DNA from: Marsupella aquatica
Lineage: Eukaryota > Plantae > Marchantiophyta
Assembly: GCA_973895155.1 (NCBI GenBank)
Contig: OZ316896.1
Coordinates: forward strand, 16,976,754-17,040,753
DNA: 64,000 nucleotides
Direction of reading: 5' to 3'
Part shown: positions 49,764 to 63,290 of the stretch, piece after piece
Position numbering within the stretch: position 1 is the first letter of the stretch
Layout of the letters: every line of letters begins with the position of its first letter
The notes under the pieces: model-generated
Told to the model about the DNA's origin: nothing
What the model saw: only the letters and a program-made list of their open reading frames with translations
Databases searched by the model: none
Translations under genes and position numbers: made by a program

Positions 49764-50615
49764 ATGGCGACTTCTTGCAACAATGTCGTCATCGGTAGCG
49801 TTGGCTATGATTGCGCCTTGACGCGTCCGTTCAATGGCAAACCACACCCGTCTTCTGCAACACTCTGTGTTTGCCCTTGTGCACAATCGTCTCAGCGCAG
49901 GTCGTGGGGGAACATCTTGGTCCTGGAGTCCAGAGGACCACGGAGAAGAAGATTATGGGATCAGCGGAAAAGGCTACAACAGCCCGTCCTCCAGCAGCCG
50001 CAAACCGAGTCTTCTTCGCCTTCGTTTTGCTTACGTACAGATGTTTCTTCCGATGCCTCCGCCTCAACTACGGAGGGCAGCGAGAGCGGTATGAGCATTG
50101 AAGAGAAAAACGCAATTATAGCATTTGAGGCCGGTGATTTGTTTCCGGATGCAGTTGAATCGAAGGAGGAATTGAGTTCATCCGAGAATTCACAATTAAA
50201 CAGCAGCAGCGAGGAAGAGGAACAGGAAGCTTTGCAGGTGATGAAGGAGAGGGAGCAAGAAGCTGCTGAATTGAAACGACGGGCATCGAAAGCTGTGAAG
50301 GGACAAGCGTCTACCCTCGCCAACGTCGTCGCGCTCTTCATGGGTCTGCTCGACAGGCCATCGCCGGGGGACGGGAGAGTGATTGGAGGGGCGGGCAGTG
50401 CGGTGATGGAACGAGTGGAGGAGGAGGTCGCCAAGTTGCAAGGTGTGGAGGGCGTGGACAGGCAAAGTGTGTTCGAAATGTTAAGATTAGTGAAGCTGCT
50501 GCAAATGGATATTCAACTCATTGCCGCTGCTCGCAAAGATAGCACCCTGTCCGAGAGGCTTGTGCAAACAAAAGCTCACTGCCGACAATTCCTTAATATC
50601 CTGAGTATGCTTTGA
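49764..50615 (+). CDS. Conserved plant protein of unknown function, probably plastid-targeted, intronless (283 aa)
   Basis: Long GC-rich ORF with Ser/Arg-rich transit-peptide-like N-terminus, acidic linker and helical C-terminus (LVKLLQMDIQLIAAARKDSTLSERLVQTKAHCRQ) that resembles a conserved uncharacterised plant family from memory. Confidence 0.8.
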   Translation: MATSCNNVVIGSVGYDCALTRPFNGKPHPSSATLCVCPCAQSSQRRSWGNILVLESRGPRRRRLWDQRKRLQQPVLQQPQTESSSPSFCLRTDVSSDASASTTEGSESGMSIEEKNAIIAFEAGDLFPDAVESKEELSSSENSQLNSSSEEEEQEALQVMKEREQEAAELKRRASKAVKGQASTLANVVALFMGLLDRPSPGDGRVIGGAGSAVMERVEEEVAKLQGVEGVDRQSVFEMLRLVKLLQMDIQLIAAARKDSTLSERLVQTKAHCRQFLNILSML

Positions 50616-51525
50616 ATCTGACTGATTGAATCCCTCATCAGTGGGTGGTTGTCCCACTCATCCATGTTCTCGACTTTCACTTCAATTTTCTGTTGTGAAT
50701 GGGATGGATGTGACAATTAGCAGTCTTATGGTCAGCTAGATATGCTTGGGTGCATTCCTTGGGTTTTACCCTCGCGTACAATGCCCCTTTGCATCGAGAG
50801 GCTTGTGCAAGGAAAAACGCACTGCCGACAATTCCTTAGTATCCTGAGTATGCTTTGCAGCTGACTGATTGAATCCCTCATCAGTGGGTGGTTGTCCCAC
50901 TCATCCATTGTTCTCGAGTTTCATTTCAATTTAGCTGATGTGAATTGGGATATATGTGACAATTAGCAGTCTTATAGTCAGTTAGATATGCTTTGGGTTC
51001 ATTCCTTGGTTTATGTCCTTGAATACAATGTCCGTGTTCATCGAGAGGGCTTGTGCAAGCAAAAGCGCACTGCCCATAGTTCCTCAATATCCTGAGTATG
51101 CTTTGAAGCTGACTGATTGAATCCCTCATCAGTGGGTGGTTGTCCCACTCATCCCCGGTCTCGACTTTGATTTCAATTTCCTGCTGTGAATGGGATGGAT
51201 GTGACAATTAGCAGTCTTATAGTCATTTGGATAAGCTTGGGTCCATTCCTTGGTGTATGCCCTTGCATTCAATGCCCCTATGCATCGAGACCCTTGTGCC
51301 CACGCAACAGCGCACTGCCGGCAATTCCTCAATATCCCGAGTATGCTTTGAAGCTGACTGATTGAATTCCTCGTCAGTGAGTGGTCGTCCCACTCATCCA
51401 CGGTCTCGAGTTTCATTTCAATTTTCTGCTGAGCATGGACGTGACAATTAGCAGTCTTATAGTCATTTGGATGTACTTGGATCCATTCCTTGGTTTCTGC
51501 CGTTGCTTACAATACCCTTTCCATC
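50553..51525 (+). repeat. Tandem array, about 243-bp unit x4, made of the last about 20 codons, stop and 3'UTR of the 49764 gene
   Basis: Units start at about 50553, 50795, 51042 and 51285 (cgaga..cttgtgc...cactgcc...aatatcc.gagtatgctttg...ctgactgattgaat...gtgacaattagcagtcttat). Confidence 0.95.
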
Positions 51526-52006
51526 GGAGCACAGTCATAGTGTCCGAGATCATATGCCATTTGGAGGAAAATACGATTAGTTAAACCCATGTTAAGGCTC
51601 TGGTCTTTGTCAATCTACTGTAGTCGTTGCCAAAACCATCATCCATGTTATGGATTATGGGAAATGGATTTTCAGCACATTTTTGTCTAGGCTATGAAGA
51701 TTGCAATTTGGCTGCTGATGCTCGTTGACGCGATGGAGGTGAGGAAACGGATATCATTCTACCACAATCAGGAAATGCCGGAAGACTTTTAATGGATCCC
51801 TCACATTCCTTCGTGAAGTGTCTCGAGAAGTGCAAACATATCCGTGTCACAATACTTTCCGGATAGCTCGATAGTTTTTTATTTACGTGGACAAGTTCGA
51901 TCGTAAGGGAGGGACTGTCTGAGACAAAATCTTAGACAGACACTTCGTGAGTGTGTTTTCAGGGGAAGCGAACAGTGGTTCGTCACTATTAACTTTCAGA
52001 GTGACA

Positions 52007-52425
52007 GGTTTGAAAGGGCCCGTATGAATTCTATCCAAGGGAAGGTGAGTGACAAGTTGTGGAATTTAAAAGAGGTCCGCATCAGTGTTTCTCCTTTCTA
52101 CCTATTCAAGCGTGGTTTGAAAGGGCCCATATGAATTCTACCCAAGGTAAGGTGAGTGAGAAGTTGTGGAATTTAAAAGAGGTATGCATCAGTGTTTCTC
52201 CTGTGTATCTACTCAAGCTTGGTTTGAAAGGGCCCATATGAATTCTACCCAAGGTAAGGTGAGTGACAAGTTGTGGAATTTAAAAGAGGTCTGCATCAGT
52301 GTTTCTCCTTTCTGTCTACTTGAGCTTGGTTTGAAAGGGCCCATGTCCCAAGGTAAGGTCAGTGAGAGGTTGTGGAATTTACAAGTGTCTGCATCAGTGT
52401 TCCTCCTTTTCTATCTATTCAAGCG
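52007..52425. repeat. Tandem array, 107-bp unit x4
   Basis: ggtttgaaagggccc.tatgaattcta.ccaagg.aaggtgagtga.aagttgtggaattt at 52007, 52114, 52221 and 52328 (last copy has a deletion). Confidence 0.95.
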
Positions 52426-55244
52426 TTGCAAGGAAATTCTTTAATTGTTGAGGAGAAAAATTGCTCAGTGAGCTCACATCCACCTCACTTCGCTGGTCAC
52501 TTGACAATCTCTTGATTGAGTAAGCATGGACGATACGTTGCAGTGTCCAAAGATGCAATAGATAAGTGAACCTTACACTCTGAACACTAAACATTGGAGT
52601 AACACTACTTTGTTCCTGATCAACACTATAATTTGCAATAAACACCCAACATTGGAGTAACACTGCTTTGTTCCTTATATTATAATTTGCACTCTAAGAG
52701 AACGGCCACTACCTAGTCCATAGAGTGAAGCCATAGGCTGTAAATTCTCTGGTAACATTTGTTTTTGATATTTAAACTATCCTTGTGAGCAAAGACAAGC
52801 ATCTGGAATCTATTCTTTGGTAACATTTGTTTTTGATATTTAAACTATTCGGAATCTGGATACAGGGAGCCTTTCTTGGGCATTAGCACGGGTATTTGGG
52901 TTAATATTGTTAGTGGTGTAACCAGTCCAATATACTTGGGTCCTATTCTTGCTCTCTCTTGATAAAAAGCAATATGGTCTCCTACATACTTATAGATACT
53001 TTTTAATCTCGATGTCCCATAAAGGAGACTGTAAACTTGTTGTGGTGTACAGTCAAACTTGTCTTGGTGCAACCTGGATAAGTGCAAACTGGCAGGTTAT
53101 TCCCAAACGTTTCCCCTAGAAAATGCAGACTTAATGCGCTTTCTATAAGTGTATCTCGTCTTCACTACATGACAAATCTCTCAGTGGCTACACAACTATA
53201 AGTGATCTTAGATGCTTATCAAGAACTGCAGGTGTCCTTTTGAGATAAATGCATATTCATATTACATAGAGTGTATCCTGCACTACTTTAAGCATGCACG
53301 CAAAACTTCTTACGACCTAGGTCAGAATCCTACAAATTCCTCATTTTCATGCCAAGTTGTGGTCGCAGCTGCTTTCAGTCTCAAGTGACTTGGTTCTCTC
53401 TCTAATCCTTAAACCCAAATTAAACCTAGGCAAAGAGGGTACAGACTTGATACCTCCTCCTGTTTATTACATTTTGCACATACATATATGCTACTCAGTG
53501 AGGGAGCCTCTGATGCCATTGTACACGCCTTGTTCCCAGTTGTGGACTTGAGGGTCTTTTGCTGGTCTGTTAGACAATTCCACAAGTTTAGAATACCCTA
53601 GTACCATCGCTGTTTGTGCAAGAATTAAATAAGTATTCAAATTTTGGACCTGGTTGACACGGGGGCTCACAAAATACTTTAGAGGGCTTGTAAAACCTAA
53701 AAGAATACCATGATGTAAATTTTAAGAATGTTCTAAGTATATTTGGATGGAAACACTGATCTTGATGGAAACATATTGTTGAAACCAAAAAACTAAATCA
53801 GGAGCATAATATTTTGGCGTAATAATTAATCCCGTAATTAATACCTTGCACAGGTCTTGCGTGAACCGGGATGGGACTACGGTAATGCACTAGTTGATTG
53901 GTGAGTTCATAGGGCCCGAGATGGGGTGCACTGCTGGATTGTCCACCTGGCAACACATTCCTTTGCTCTCCGACCATGATATGAAAGAGGCACTAGGATT
54001 TGTTCACAGATACTTCCATCCTATTTGTCAATATTCCATTATAATTATCTTCTTTGTCCACCATTGTCCTGCCCATGCGCTTCCTATATTTTTGTCTGTG
54101 TGATTCTATTCCAGTTGTGGAAGATAACCTTCGATAGTATTGGAACATTATTTTTCCATTTCTCTGCGATATTGTTGTGTGCATAAGACACGATATGATA
54201 GTAAAAATGCTTCGTATATCCTTTCTTTGAACTTGAATCCTGAGTTGTGGCCACTCAGCATGCAGCGATGGCGTAAATTGGGCATCCTCCAAAACCACTA
54301 TATCATGAACCCACTACATGTGGTGGCTATGGACTGCTTTCGTCCTCTGCAGTGTAAAATCCTCTGTCATCCACACGATGGGTACCACACGATCCCTCGT
54401 CAGAAATCTAGAATCCTAGAAACCTCCAACTCCCATCTTCCAAATCGACTGATGGTGTGGGCACTGGGCACCACCACATTGGCATTGCCTTTTGTACAGC
54501 TACAGTGAGCCGTCAGTTCTTGTTTCGATCACAAGGGTTGGATGGCAAAGTAGAAGGGTCAGAGAACTGCAGCAGTGTAAATCAGTGATAGCAAGAGTCT
54601 GTGACGGAAATGCTGGAGACAACTAAGAGGGATTGATGGATTGTTACTGACGGAACACTGCTCATTTCTATTCCGACCGGAGGAAAAGCAGGGAGTGGCA
54701 GGGTATTCTAGTTGGGTGCTAAACCTTGCTGGGCCCGAGTACTTCTGCTGCCGTCTTCTTCCCACACATCCAGGACAGTGCAAATTGGCTGAATTGAGTT
54801 ACAGAAACTGGGCGATGGAAGGAATGGCACGATGTTACAGTCTTCTTGGATCGGCGCTGTGAATCTGGTACCTCAATCCCAAGCCTTCTTGTCATGGAGA
54901 CTAAACCTTGTGAATACAATCTTTCCGTTGATGTTCCTAATTTTTTCCTTCCCTCCGATGAGCTGTGAATTCAATACTTACGTTCCTTTATTCAGCAAGG
55001 CATGTTCGTGCCGTTCATAGTACATGCATTCCTTGAATCTCCCTTCCTTTCAGGAATCTGTTGATTCGATCGTCCTCTTTCCGATTGATTCATAAGCGTT
55101 TGGCTTGCGATAGATGCGTGCTGCATTTCCACTATTTTCAGAAATTGGGAGCATAAAATTGAGCTTCACTTGATTTTGTCACTTGAAGCACCCACCAAAA
55201 AGCAAGCAGGCAGACAAGGGTGCTTCCCAGTAGCGCTTGTTGGG

Positions 55245-58200
55245 ATGGAAGCTCTTCAGAGTCGGAGGCTAATGGTCCAGTATCGTTATTGCGATGACAT
55301 TGGTAGCGGGAAGAGCTTTAGTAACTTTAACTCTCCTAGTTTTCCTGCAGCTGGCTATGGAAGTGGCAGCTGTGCCACTAATTACCAAGCTGGTAGAGTC
55401 TCCCTCTCATCTTCTGCCACATCAAGCAACTCATGTCATTCAGTTCTGCCAACGCTCAGTAGTTTAAACTATGCAACGAGTGGCGCAAATCATAATCTTT
55501 GCAACACAACGGCAATATGCAATTGGCTGTACCCTAATAGTGCTCCTTCACCACGTAGAGAAGTGACGAGATGTGCTGGTAACTGGTCCTCGTTCCGCAG
55601 TAGCAGTAACAGCTGGAGCATTCATGATTTCAGAGAACTGCTGCTCGTGGCGTCACATCCTCCAAATAGTGGGAGAGCCTATTCTGTGATTATTTCAACA
55701 ACCCCTTTTGACCTGTGGCAGAGGAAAACCACAGCACCAGAAAGTCCATTGTACAAAACCCTCAAAATCTCATCCTCCTCCATCTTTTATTGGTTGAAGA
55801 GGAACCGAAAAGAACTGCTGGAGATCAAATCCCATAAAATTTTGTCAAATGGTTATCACTGGAGAACGCCTTTGCTTCATAGGTTCTTCCGCTACAACTC
55901 AGCTGCAAGCACAAGATCTCGAGCCGAATGGTTTGAACAGAAATTGTCAAGGCGTCAAGGGGTGGGATCTGTCAGAAGCGCATCAGACTATTACAATGAG
56001 TACAGCAGGGTCAGCTCACAAGCAGAGGGAAATACTTCGCTTGAAAATGCTATTCTGGTGGACCAGCAGCAGCAGAGGTTGCATCCAAATGGTGAGACAG
56101 ACGAGTTCCTAGCAACTGGGTATGGATGGAGAGTTCGTGATGTTGTGCTAGGGGAGTTGCAGGAGCTGATAAAGGTCGCAGACATCCAAACAGGGGCTTT
56201 CCACGAGAAGTCTGCCGTGTTTGACGATCTCTTCTACAAGATTTTCCATGTAGGCACTGTCTCTGGCCTAACCTCCATCATTCTCCAGCGCTACATGTCA
56301 ACCTAAAATCTGCGGAGTCACATGGTATTTTTGGGACAGAGAGGAAAGCAGGAGCACACATGACTTCGTAAAGGATTCTAATTTCGCGTAGTAACTCGAG
56401 TCCTTTCAAGCAGGCTTAGTCGAAGGTTACTTTATAACTCATGATAAGCTTAAGCGATCGAATTTCTCTTGGGTCAAGATTTATGGATGGTTTTGGTGCT
56501 TTTGGAGTGTTCCACGATTTGGGGCCAGGGAATATTTGGGTTAAGTTTTGTAAATGGAAAGAGTCTTGGTTTCGTGAAGTTTTTCTCCCTGTTGAGCGTC
56601 GAAAGACCTTGAATCCCAATGCGGAAATCTGTATCTCAAGCGCTAAACCCTTTACTCCTGGAACAAGTAGGTATCTGAATGGCCGGTGCAAGTTGGAAAC
56701 CTCTCAAAAGCACTTTGTTCTAATACTATTTAGTACGAATAATTATGACTACGAGCATTTTCGTGTTCTGAGGTTATAGGGCTTGTACATGTCCGTCATG
56801 TTTGATTTGAGATGTTACCAAAAAATAATCCAAGACAGCAACTGTACCAGGACCATAATCTACGGGAAGATGAATGGGACAGAGAGAAAGATTCAATTCT
56901 GCATTGTTTGCTGTAATCTTCTGCAGAATCAAATTAAGAGTCCTTGGAGCCCAAAATACTGGCCAGAGGCAGAAAGTAGAACTGTCAAGTCTACGACATT
57001 GAAATAAATTCACAGGGTGAGGATGAACAGTAAACTAGATTGTACAATGAGAGTTGAAGATCCACAGGAGTAATGTTTCCACCGAGGCGCAATAGTTCGC
57101 TCCGGTGGAGCATCCTCCACCTAAAAGAAAGAATGCATCCCAGTAGATCTAATCATGTTCCTGGTGTATGATACAGGCAGAGATATTGAGTAGCTTTCAG
57201 TACAAAGCTAGGCACTCAGATCCAGGCAGGTAAGCAGTTACTGAGTTGTAGTTGATGCTCGAGAATATCAAGCCCACATTTTTTGTCGATTACGTCCATC
57301 GTGCTTAGGACCCTATCATCGGTTGAAATTTGTCCAGTGGCAGCCTTGGAAATCTTATGAGTGTCCTTTGTAACGCATAGGATTTTTCCAGCTGCTTTGT
57401 TTTCTGTTCAAAATCTATAACACAAAATGTGCAAGCCCTGTTTGGGACGGGTTTGTGCGTGATGATATCCGATGGCTATTTCAGAATACGCTCCATGTGT
57501 TGTTTAGTCCCGAAATTCCAACAGTGAGCCTAAGCTAAGAGCTTATGCAGGTACTCTTGCTTGCTGGCAGAGAGGGACCCAACACAACAAGATTCCCTTG
57601 AAGAGCCGATAATTGTCGGGGCTGTGGACGTCACGGCCTTTGCAGATAAGAACATTGTGTGCCACCTTCCAGGGGCAGAGGAGTATCTCTATGTCAGCGG
57701 AATGGCTGTGGATACAAATTATAGGTGAGTAATCTTAACCCGTTCTTGTAGTCTTGAAATGTCATTGTTGCTGAATTGTTCTGTGGTTGATTGGATAAAC
57801 ATTAACATCACGCTACTGTAAAGTCACCTTGGGACACAAATCTTCATGACTTGGACAGGGACAGCACGAACGGTCTAAGGATGGGAATGCGAACATAGAA
57901 AGAAATTAATGAGATCCTTTTTATCCTTGAGGTGGACAATCATTGACGTTCATATTTCTGTGCTGAGCAACATGTACACTTTGGCTAGTGGGCTGGTAGG
58001 ATCCCTATAGTCCACGTCTTTTAGATTGATGCTTCTCTCACGGGTCGTGTAAAGGGTTGAACATGTAAATAAGAACTCATCACCTGCAGCTGAGTTGTAC
58101 CTGTGTAGTCTCCGAAGTGGCGTTTTTTGGTCAAAAGTCACGGAAAGTAGCTATCCTACATGTGTTGGGATGTCCTTCCCATCGACAAAATGATAATTCT

Positions 58201-59123
58201 TCTTAAGCTTTGCTGGAACCCATAAGTTCTTAGTTCAGTGACTCGCTTTCTTTTACATCCGTTTCTCGAAAAGCTGTAATCACCCAAGATGTTCATTTCA
58301 GCATAATGATGCAGGAGCAGGAACATTGTTAGAAAACCATTATATTCAGCCTGCCAGCATTGGACATGAAGTCTAGGTAGGAGAAACTCATAAAGGGATC
58401 TTCAGGCATTTCTGTACATTTATCGTAAGAGGTCTAACTTTCCCAAATTGGTAAATTCACTGTTGTATACCACATTGTAGAGTCCCTGTGTAATTTTCAT
58501 CCTTGCCTTGGTCGTTCCTTCAAGGAAATGGACGGATGAAATGGACAGGGCTTGTTGAACGAATTCAACAGATAACCTATCAGACACAGCGCCTGCGCCT
58601 TTTCCATATTCCACCAAGTTGCAGACTTATTCTTGAATTGGGGTCAATGTAGAAAAAGCAAACAGAGTTCAAAGATAGCATGGATAGAGTGCACTGTTGT
58701 TATGAGTTCTTAAGATGTTTGGAATTTCTCATGTTGACTATAGTTTTTGTTTGACCGTTGAATCCGGACTCTGAAGGAAAAGGAACTGAGCGATCATCTG
58801 AGAATCTTGAATGGCTCAGTGTTTGGTGATACATTCTTATAGAATGACTCCTTTCGCTCTTGGGTTGGAATGGACTTGTCATGAACAGGAGGCAGGGTGT
58901 GGCTACGTTGCTTCTCGAAGCTTGTCTTACTCGAGCTTTACAGTGGGGCTTTGATTACTTGGTCCTTCATGCACATGAGGACGATTTAAGAGCTAGAGAT
59001 CTCTATTCAAAGGCTGGCTACAACACCGTAGCTGCGGATCCTGCCTGGATGACTACATTTTTTGGTCGGAGGCGACGAGTTGTCATGGCAAGGAGAGCAC
59101 ATGAAATACTCGACTCGACGTGA
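55245..59123 (+). CDS. GNAT10: Plastid GNAT-family N-acetyltransferase (GNAT10-like), 4 exons
   Basis: Exons 55245-56249, 57177-57229, 57551-57724, 58889-59123 join in frame. Motifs VADIQTGAFH..AVFDDLF, YSCLLAE, VGAVDVT, EEYLYVSGMAV..YRRQGVATLLL, ARDLYSKAGY, GRRRRVVM. Confidence 0.92.
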
Positions 59124-60863
59124 GAAGTGGTAGTCAGTCTTCTTACAAATGATTCTTTGTCATGGCAGAACAAGCCCCAGAGTAGCGTTGCGTCTTGTAG
59201 ATAACTGCAGAATTTCAAACAGAACATCCCTCAAAGCTTCGAATAGAGAATCACTTGTATACTACTCAAATTCGGAAGTCACCACCACAAATTATAATTA
59301 TCTGTGTAGCAGTTCGGGATATGTAGAGAATGCTCTCTCAAATGGAAGTGCAAGGTGAGTATGCAAAATCAAACCCAGTGCTATTGGTCCACTCGTATGA
59401 AAGTAGTTTGTCTACCGTAGTGCTAACACGAACAGTACAGAAACGTCCAGTGAACGATCTGAAGAATTAAGACCTTCCGTAACGCGCATTAGAAATTCTT
59501 CGATTTGATATTCACTCGTTTCCAAATCTTGGGGGAGAGGATTCATGCAATGTTCTATACTTTTCAAGAATAGAGAGGATTTATAAAGTGACAAATGTGT
59601 ATTCAAATACTTTTGTAAGTAATTTTACCCTTACAGGGCCTAAAACGAATACAGACAGATCAAGCAGTATAATTGCAATTTTCTCGCGTCTCACTCACCC
59701 TCCAAGTCTTCGAAAAAAATTCAATAATTTTGGACTTTTTTTGACTCATTGAGCGGATTCTAATAGCACTGTGGTACTTCTGATTGCATGGTGGCTTTTT
59801 TCTCTTGTATACACAAAAGTTGAACATGGTCAATTTTTACAATAGTGAAGACGTAGAATACGATGTTACATGTTGGCCAGTATGTGTCCTGGTTTGTCAT
59901 GACCTTACAAATTTGTTGGAGACTGGTAATTTATCCAGCTACGCCATTTCAAATTTCTCCTCTTAATTCAATGGGTTATCGAAGAAGCACTCTTAAGCAA
60001 AGCTACAGGTTTAGCTGCAGGGTCCACCAAACATGGGAGATTGATTGGATCGAGCGTCGTATGTTTTACTATTCTAGATTTTCGTTATTGGTCTCAAATC
60101 GAGAACGATGTAGCCATATTTCAGTCTGTGATGCAATTAGTGGTGACCATTGTTTATGTCAATAAACTGGTTGATCAATATAATCGAGCAGTGGCAATAC
60201 CCTTTGCATTACCGTAGGTTAATCCTAGCCCCAATTATGTAGATCAAGATTATCTACACTGTAGACCAAATGAATGTATAGGGCAATGCATAAAAATGCT
60301 GGACGAAATGTCGTCCGCGCGTATGATGATCTTCAATCTTATCAAGACCAGTAAGCTGCCAAAGCTTCTACTGTCAGCATCTTGACTAAATGAGGGGAAC
60401 GGTTCCGGATTCCTTGTCATCTCTCACTCAGCAGTTTTCTTGTGGAGCCTGTTTTCTTACAAAGTGAAATGAAGCTCAACCAGAAGAGTCTGAGTGAGAC
60501 CTGAGAACATCCCACAACTTCCCATTGAGACCTGAAGGAAGGAGTCCCCTGCAGAGAAATCGAATCAGAATTCACAGTGATATGGAAGGTCGTACAGCAG
60601 ATATTATGACTAAGACTTACTAGATAAAGCAACTCACATCCCGGACATTGGGGAGAGGTGGTGGTCAATGATCGTTGTCATTATATGACTGTTACAAGCA
60701 GTGCTTTCACTTAATGCAATTAGTGATGGATGTAAAACTTTAGACAAACAATTTAAAAATAGCACTGCAATATTGAATTATCTGCAGTCCGTCAGTGATC
60801 GACACCATGATATTGAGAACGGCAGTGCATTGAAATCAATAGACCCAGCATTTGCATACCAAC

Positions 60864-61027
60864 GGACTGCGTCTTGTCAGTATGGTTGGATGTCACGGAT
60901 TTAATTGCAATCGTAAGCCATAAAGTCATCGCGCGTGGAGACCAGCGGACTGCATTTTGTCAGTATGGTTGGATGTCACCGACTTAATTTCAATCGTAAA
61001 TCGCAATCGTAAGCCATAAAGTCATCG
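60864..61027. repeat. Short direct duplication, about 70-80 bp x2
   Basis: ggactgc.t.ttgtcagtatggttggatgtcac.ga.ttaatt.caatcgtaa...gccataaagtcatcg repeated. Confidence 0.85.
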
Positions 61028-63160
61028 TGGATCCCTTCCTCCATGTGCACAAGCACAAGTAAAGTACAGTCACGGTGCTCTGCCGTGGTACCGAGTAGGT
61101 GAAGCTGGAGGACAACAGTCCTGGACCCAACCGATCACACCTAGGTCGCCCCATTCTAGAACGGACTCTTTTGGTCCGGACCAAGAACGAGTCGAGACAC
61201 TGCAATTGTGCATGGAATTGACTGCCTGTGTGTTCTTTACAATCTTGAAGTTGAGAGTATGGAGCTTCAGCTCATGCATGATGGGAGACCGGTCCCTTGA
61301 GTTTGTTAGATTTCTGACTGACTGTAAACACTGTCTCGTACCTTAGTTTGAGATCTGCTGAAGACGATCGAGTCATATAGATGTAACGTTCCCTGTGTTT
61401 CTGGGGAGGGAAAGGGGGGTTTACGAATCCTATTGTTTGGGCCCACTAAACAGGCTTTCTCACGCCGCGGATAAATAGTTGCATGCAGTACCTAGTCTGT
61501 TTCTGTGTAATTTATCTACTAAAGTAAACACCGCAGTTTGCTTGCCCATTGTCGATTTGTGTTGAGAATCTGTGACACGGAGTATGTTCTCTTCCAACTC
61601 AAGAAGCGCAAGTGCATGCCAGCTTCCATTCTCACATAAGTTTTGTTAATCGTTTGTGGTCACTCAGTTCACACGCTCTTCTCACAAGGCCGTTCGTTAC
61701 AATAATGGACGTTAACAAATCCGCCTCACCCTACAGTACCACCTCAACCAACAATCTTGGACTACGATCACCCGTTTTCGGAACCATTGGAACCACTGTA
61801 GCAAATAGATAGCCAAATTTTGCAAAAAAATCGTCTGCAGACATGGAGAATTGCCCCATCTGAATTTGGTGAGAATTGCTTCTTATCAAACGGTTGACGA
61901 GGACTATGTTATTTTACTGCAAAGTGTGGCAACAAACAAACCAACAGCATTTGTTGCTGCATGTTGAAATGTACCACACTCTAAATTGTACGATTCTTGG
62001 ATCGAGTGGGACTGAAGCTTTTCATTCCTACTTTTTTTCCTCGATCTTCCATCTCTTACTGTGCTATGGTGGGAAGCCACAACCTATTTGAAGGGTTCCC
62101 TGGATTTGTGGTCACACCTTGCACAAGCGAAGGTTTGAAACTTGGATCGAGTGTCTCATATATTGCCAGTACTACCAGAATCTCTAGTCACCAAGCAACA
62201 ACTTTTGGTAAAGTTTGGTCGACACGCATACACCTGAAATGAAGCTCGATTGCTCGGAGAATGCCTTCAAATTCGGGCAAGCCCAGAATGAAAGTACAGG
62301 ACTTAAGTTTCCAACAGCGCTACGTTATGTGTCGAGGTTTAGATTAGACTGGAACAGTTCATATGTATGTATTTCATGGCCATGTTCTTCCGTCGTTCTT
62401 CCCAGCTATCACAGTGCAGAGAGGAGCCAATCATCACTGTCACTGATTCTTATTGGCACTCTCTCTCTCTGTACTGTTGCTGCCCTCGTTGATGATTACA
62501 CAATGGAGCTTGAGTTTGTCCATGCGTGCAGGTGTTCCAACACCAGGTGCCTGTTGGAGTGTTCTAATTGAATGGCTATTCCAACCATTTCGAAGCTTGA
62601 AGCACCACTTTCATCTGTTCAAGCTGCTTTCCCCTTCTCTCCTCATAAATGAAATTTTCGAGATGTCATTGGTCCCACAGCTGACACATTTTTGAATAGC
62701 CATTTTCTTCCCAGCCATATAATTATATACAATCATATCATATATAGAGACGTGGTAGGCTGCATGAGCATTGCCTTGCAGTGAGACAATTATTGCCGCA
62801 TCCATTCTTGATCTGGCAACAAGACAGACACATAAATATGTGACCCCTTTGGGTAGGGCTAGTTTCCCCACTGGTTTATTATATTACCCAACTTCTGCGT
62901 TCGTGAATATCTAGGGTTTCTATATGACCAGATGCCTCTCTTTATATTATACTATGTTATGAGACTCCAATGCATGTGCATTGTGCAGGAAAAGTAGGTG
63001 AGTCAAAGAAGTGCAGGTGAGACAAACAAGTATAGGTGAGGAATGGAATTGTTAAAGCATCTTATCTGTCATCAATGTCAGGGTGTGTCTCTGAGGCAAG
63101 GTGGATTTTTGAGTCCAATGCCCCTGCCTGCCTTGCACAATTACCAGTAGTTGTGACCAG

Positions 63161-63290
63161 GTTGTTGTTGTGGCCGTGTTGTGGTTGTTGAAGTCAATTG
63201 CTGTTTCAAGTGGGTTGTGATTGCCGCTATGTGATTGTTGTTGTGGCCGTGTTGTGGTTGTTGAAGTCAATTGCTGTTTCAAGTGGGTTG
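63161..63290. repeat. Short direct duplication, about 55 bp x2
   Basis: gttgttgtggccgtgttgtggttgttgaagtcaattgctgtttcaagtgggttgt repeated. Confidence 0.85.

Noticed and set aside
49256-49792. 178-aa minus-strand ORF overlapping the start of the 49764 gene
   Set aside because: Antisense of a TTC-rich 5'UTR, which explains the acidic run; no domain evidence.
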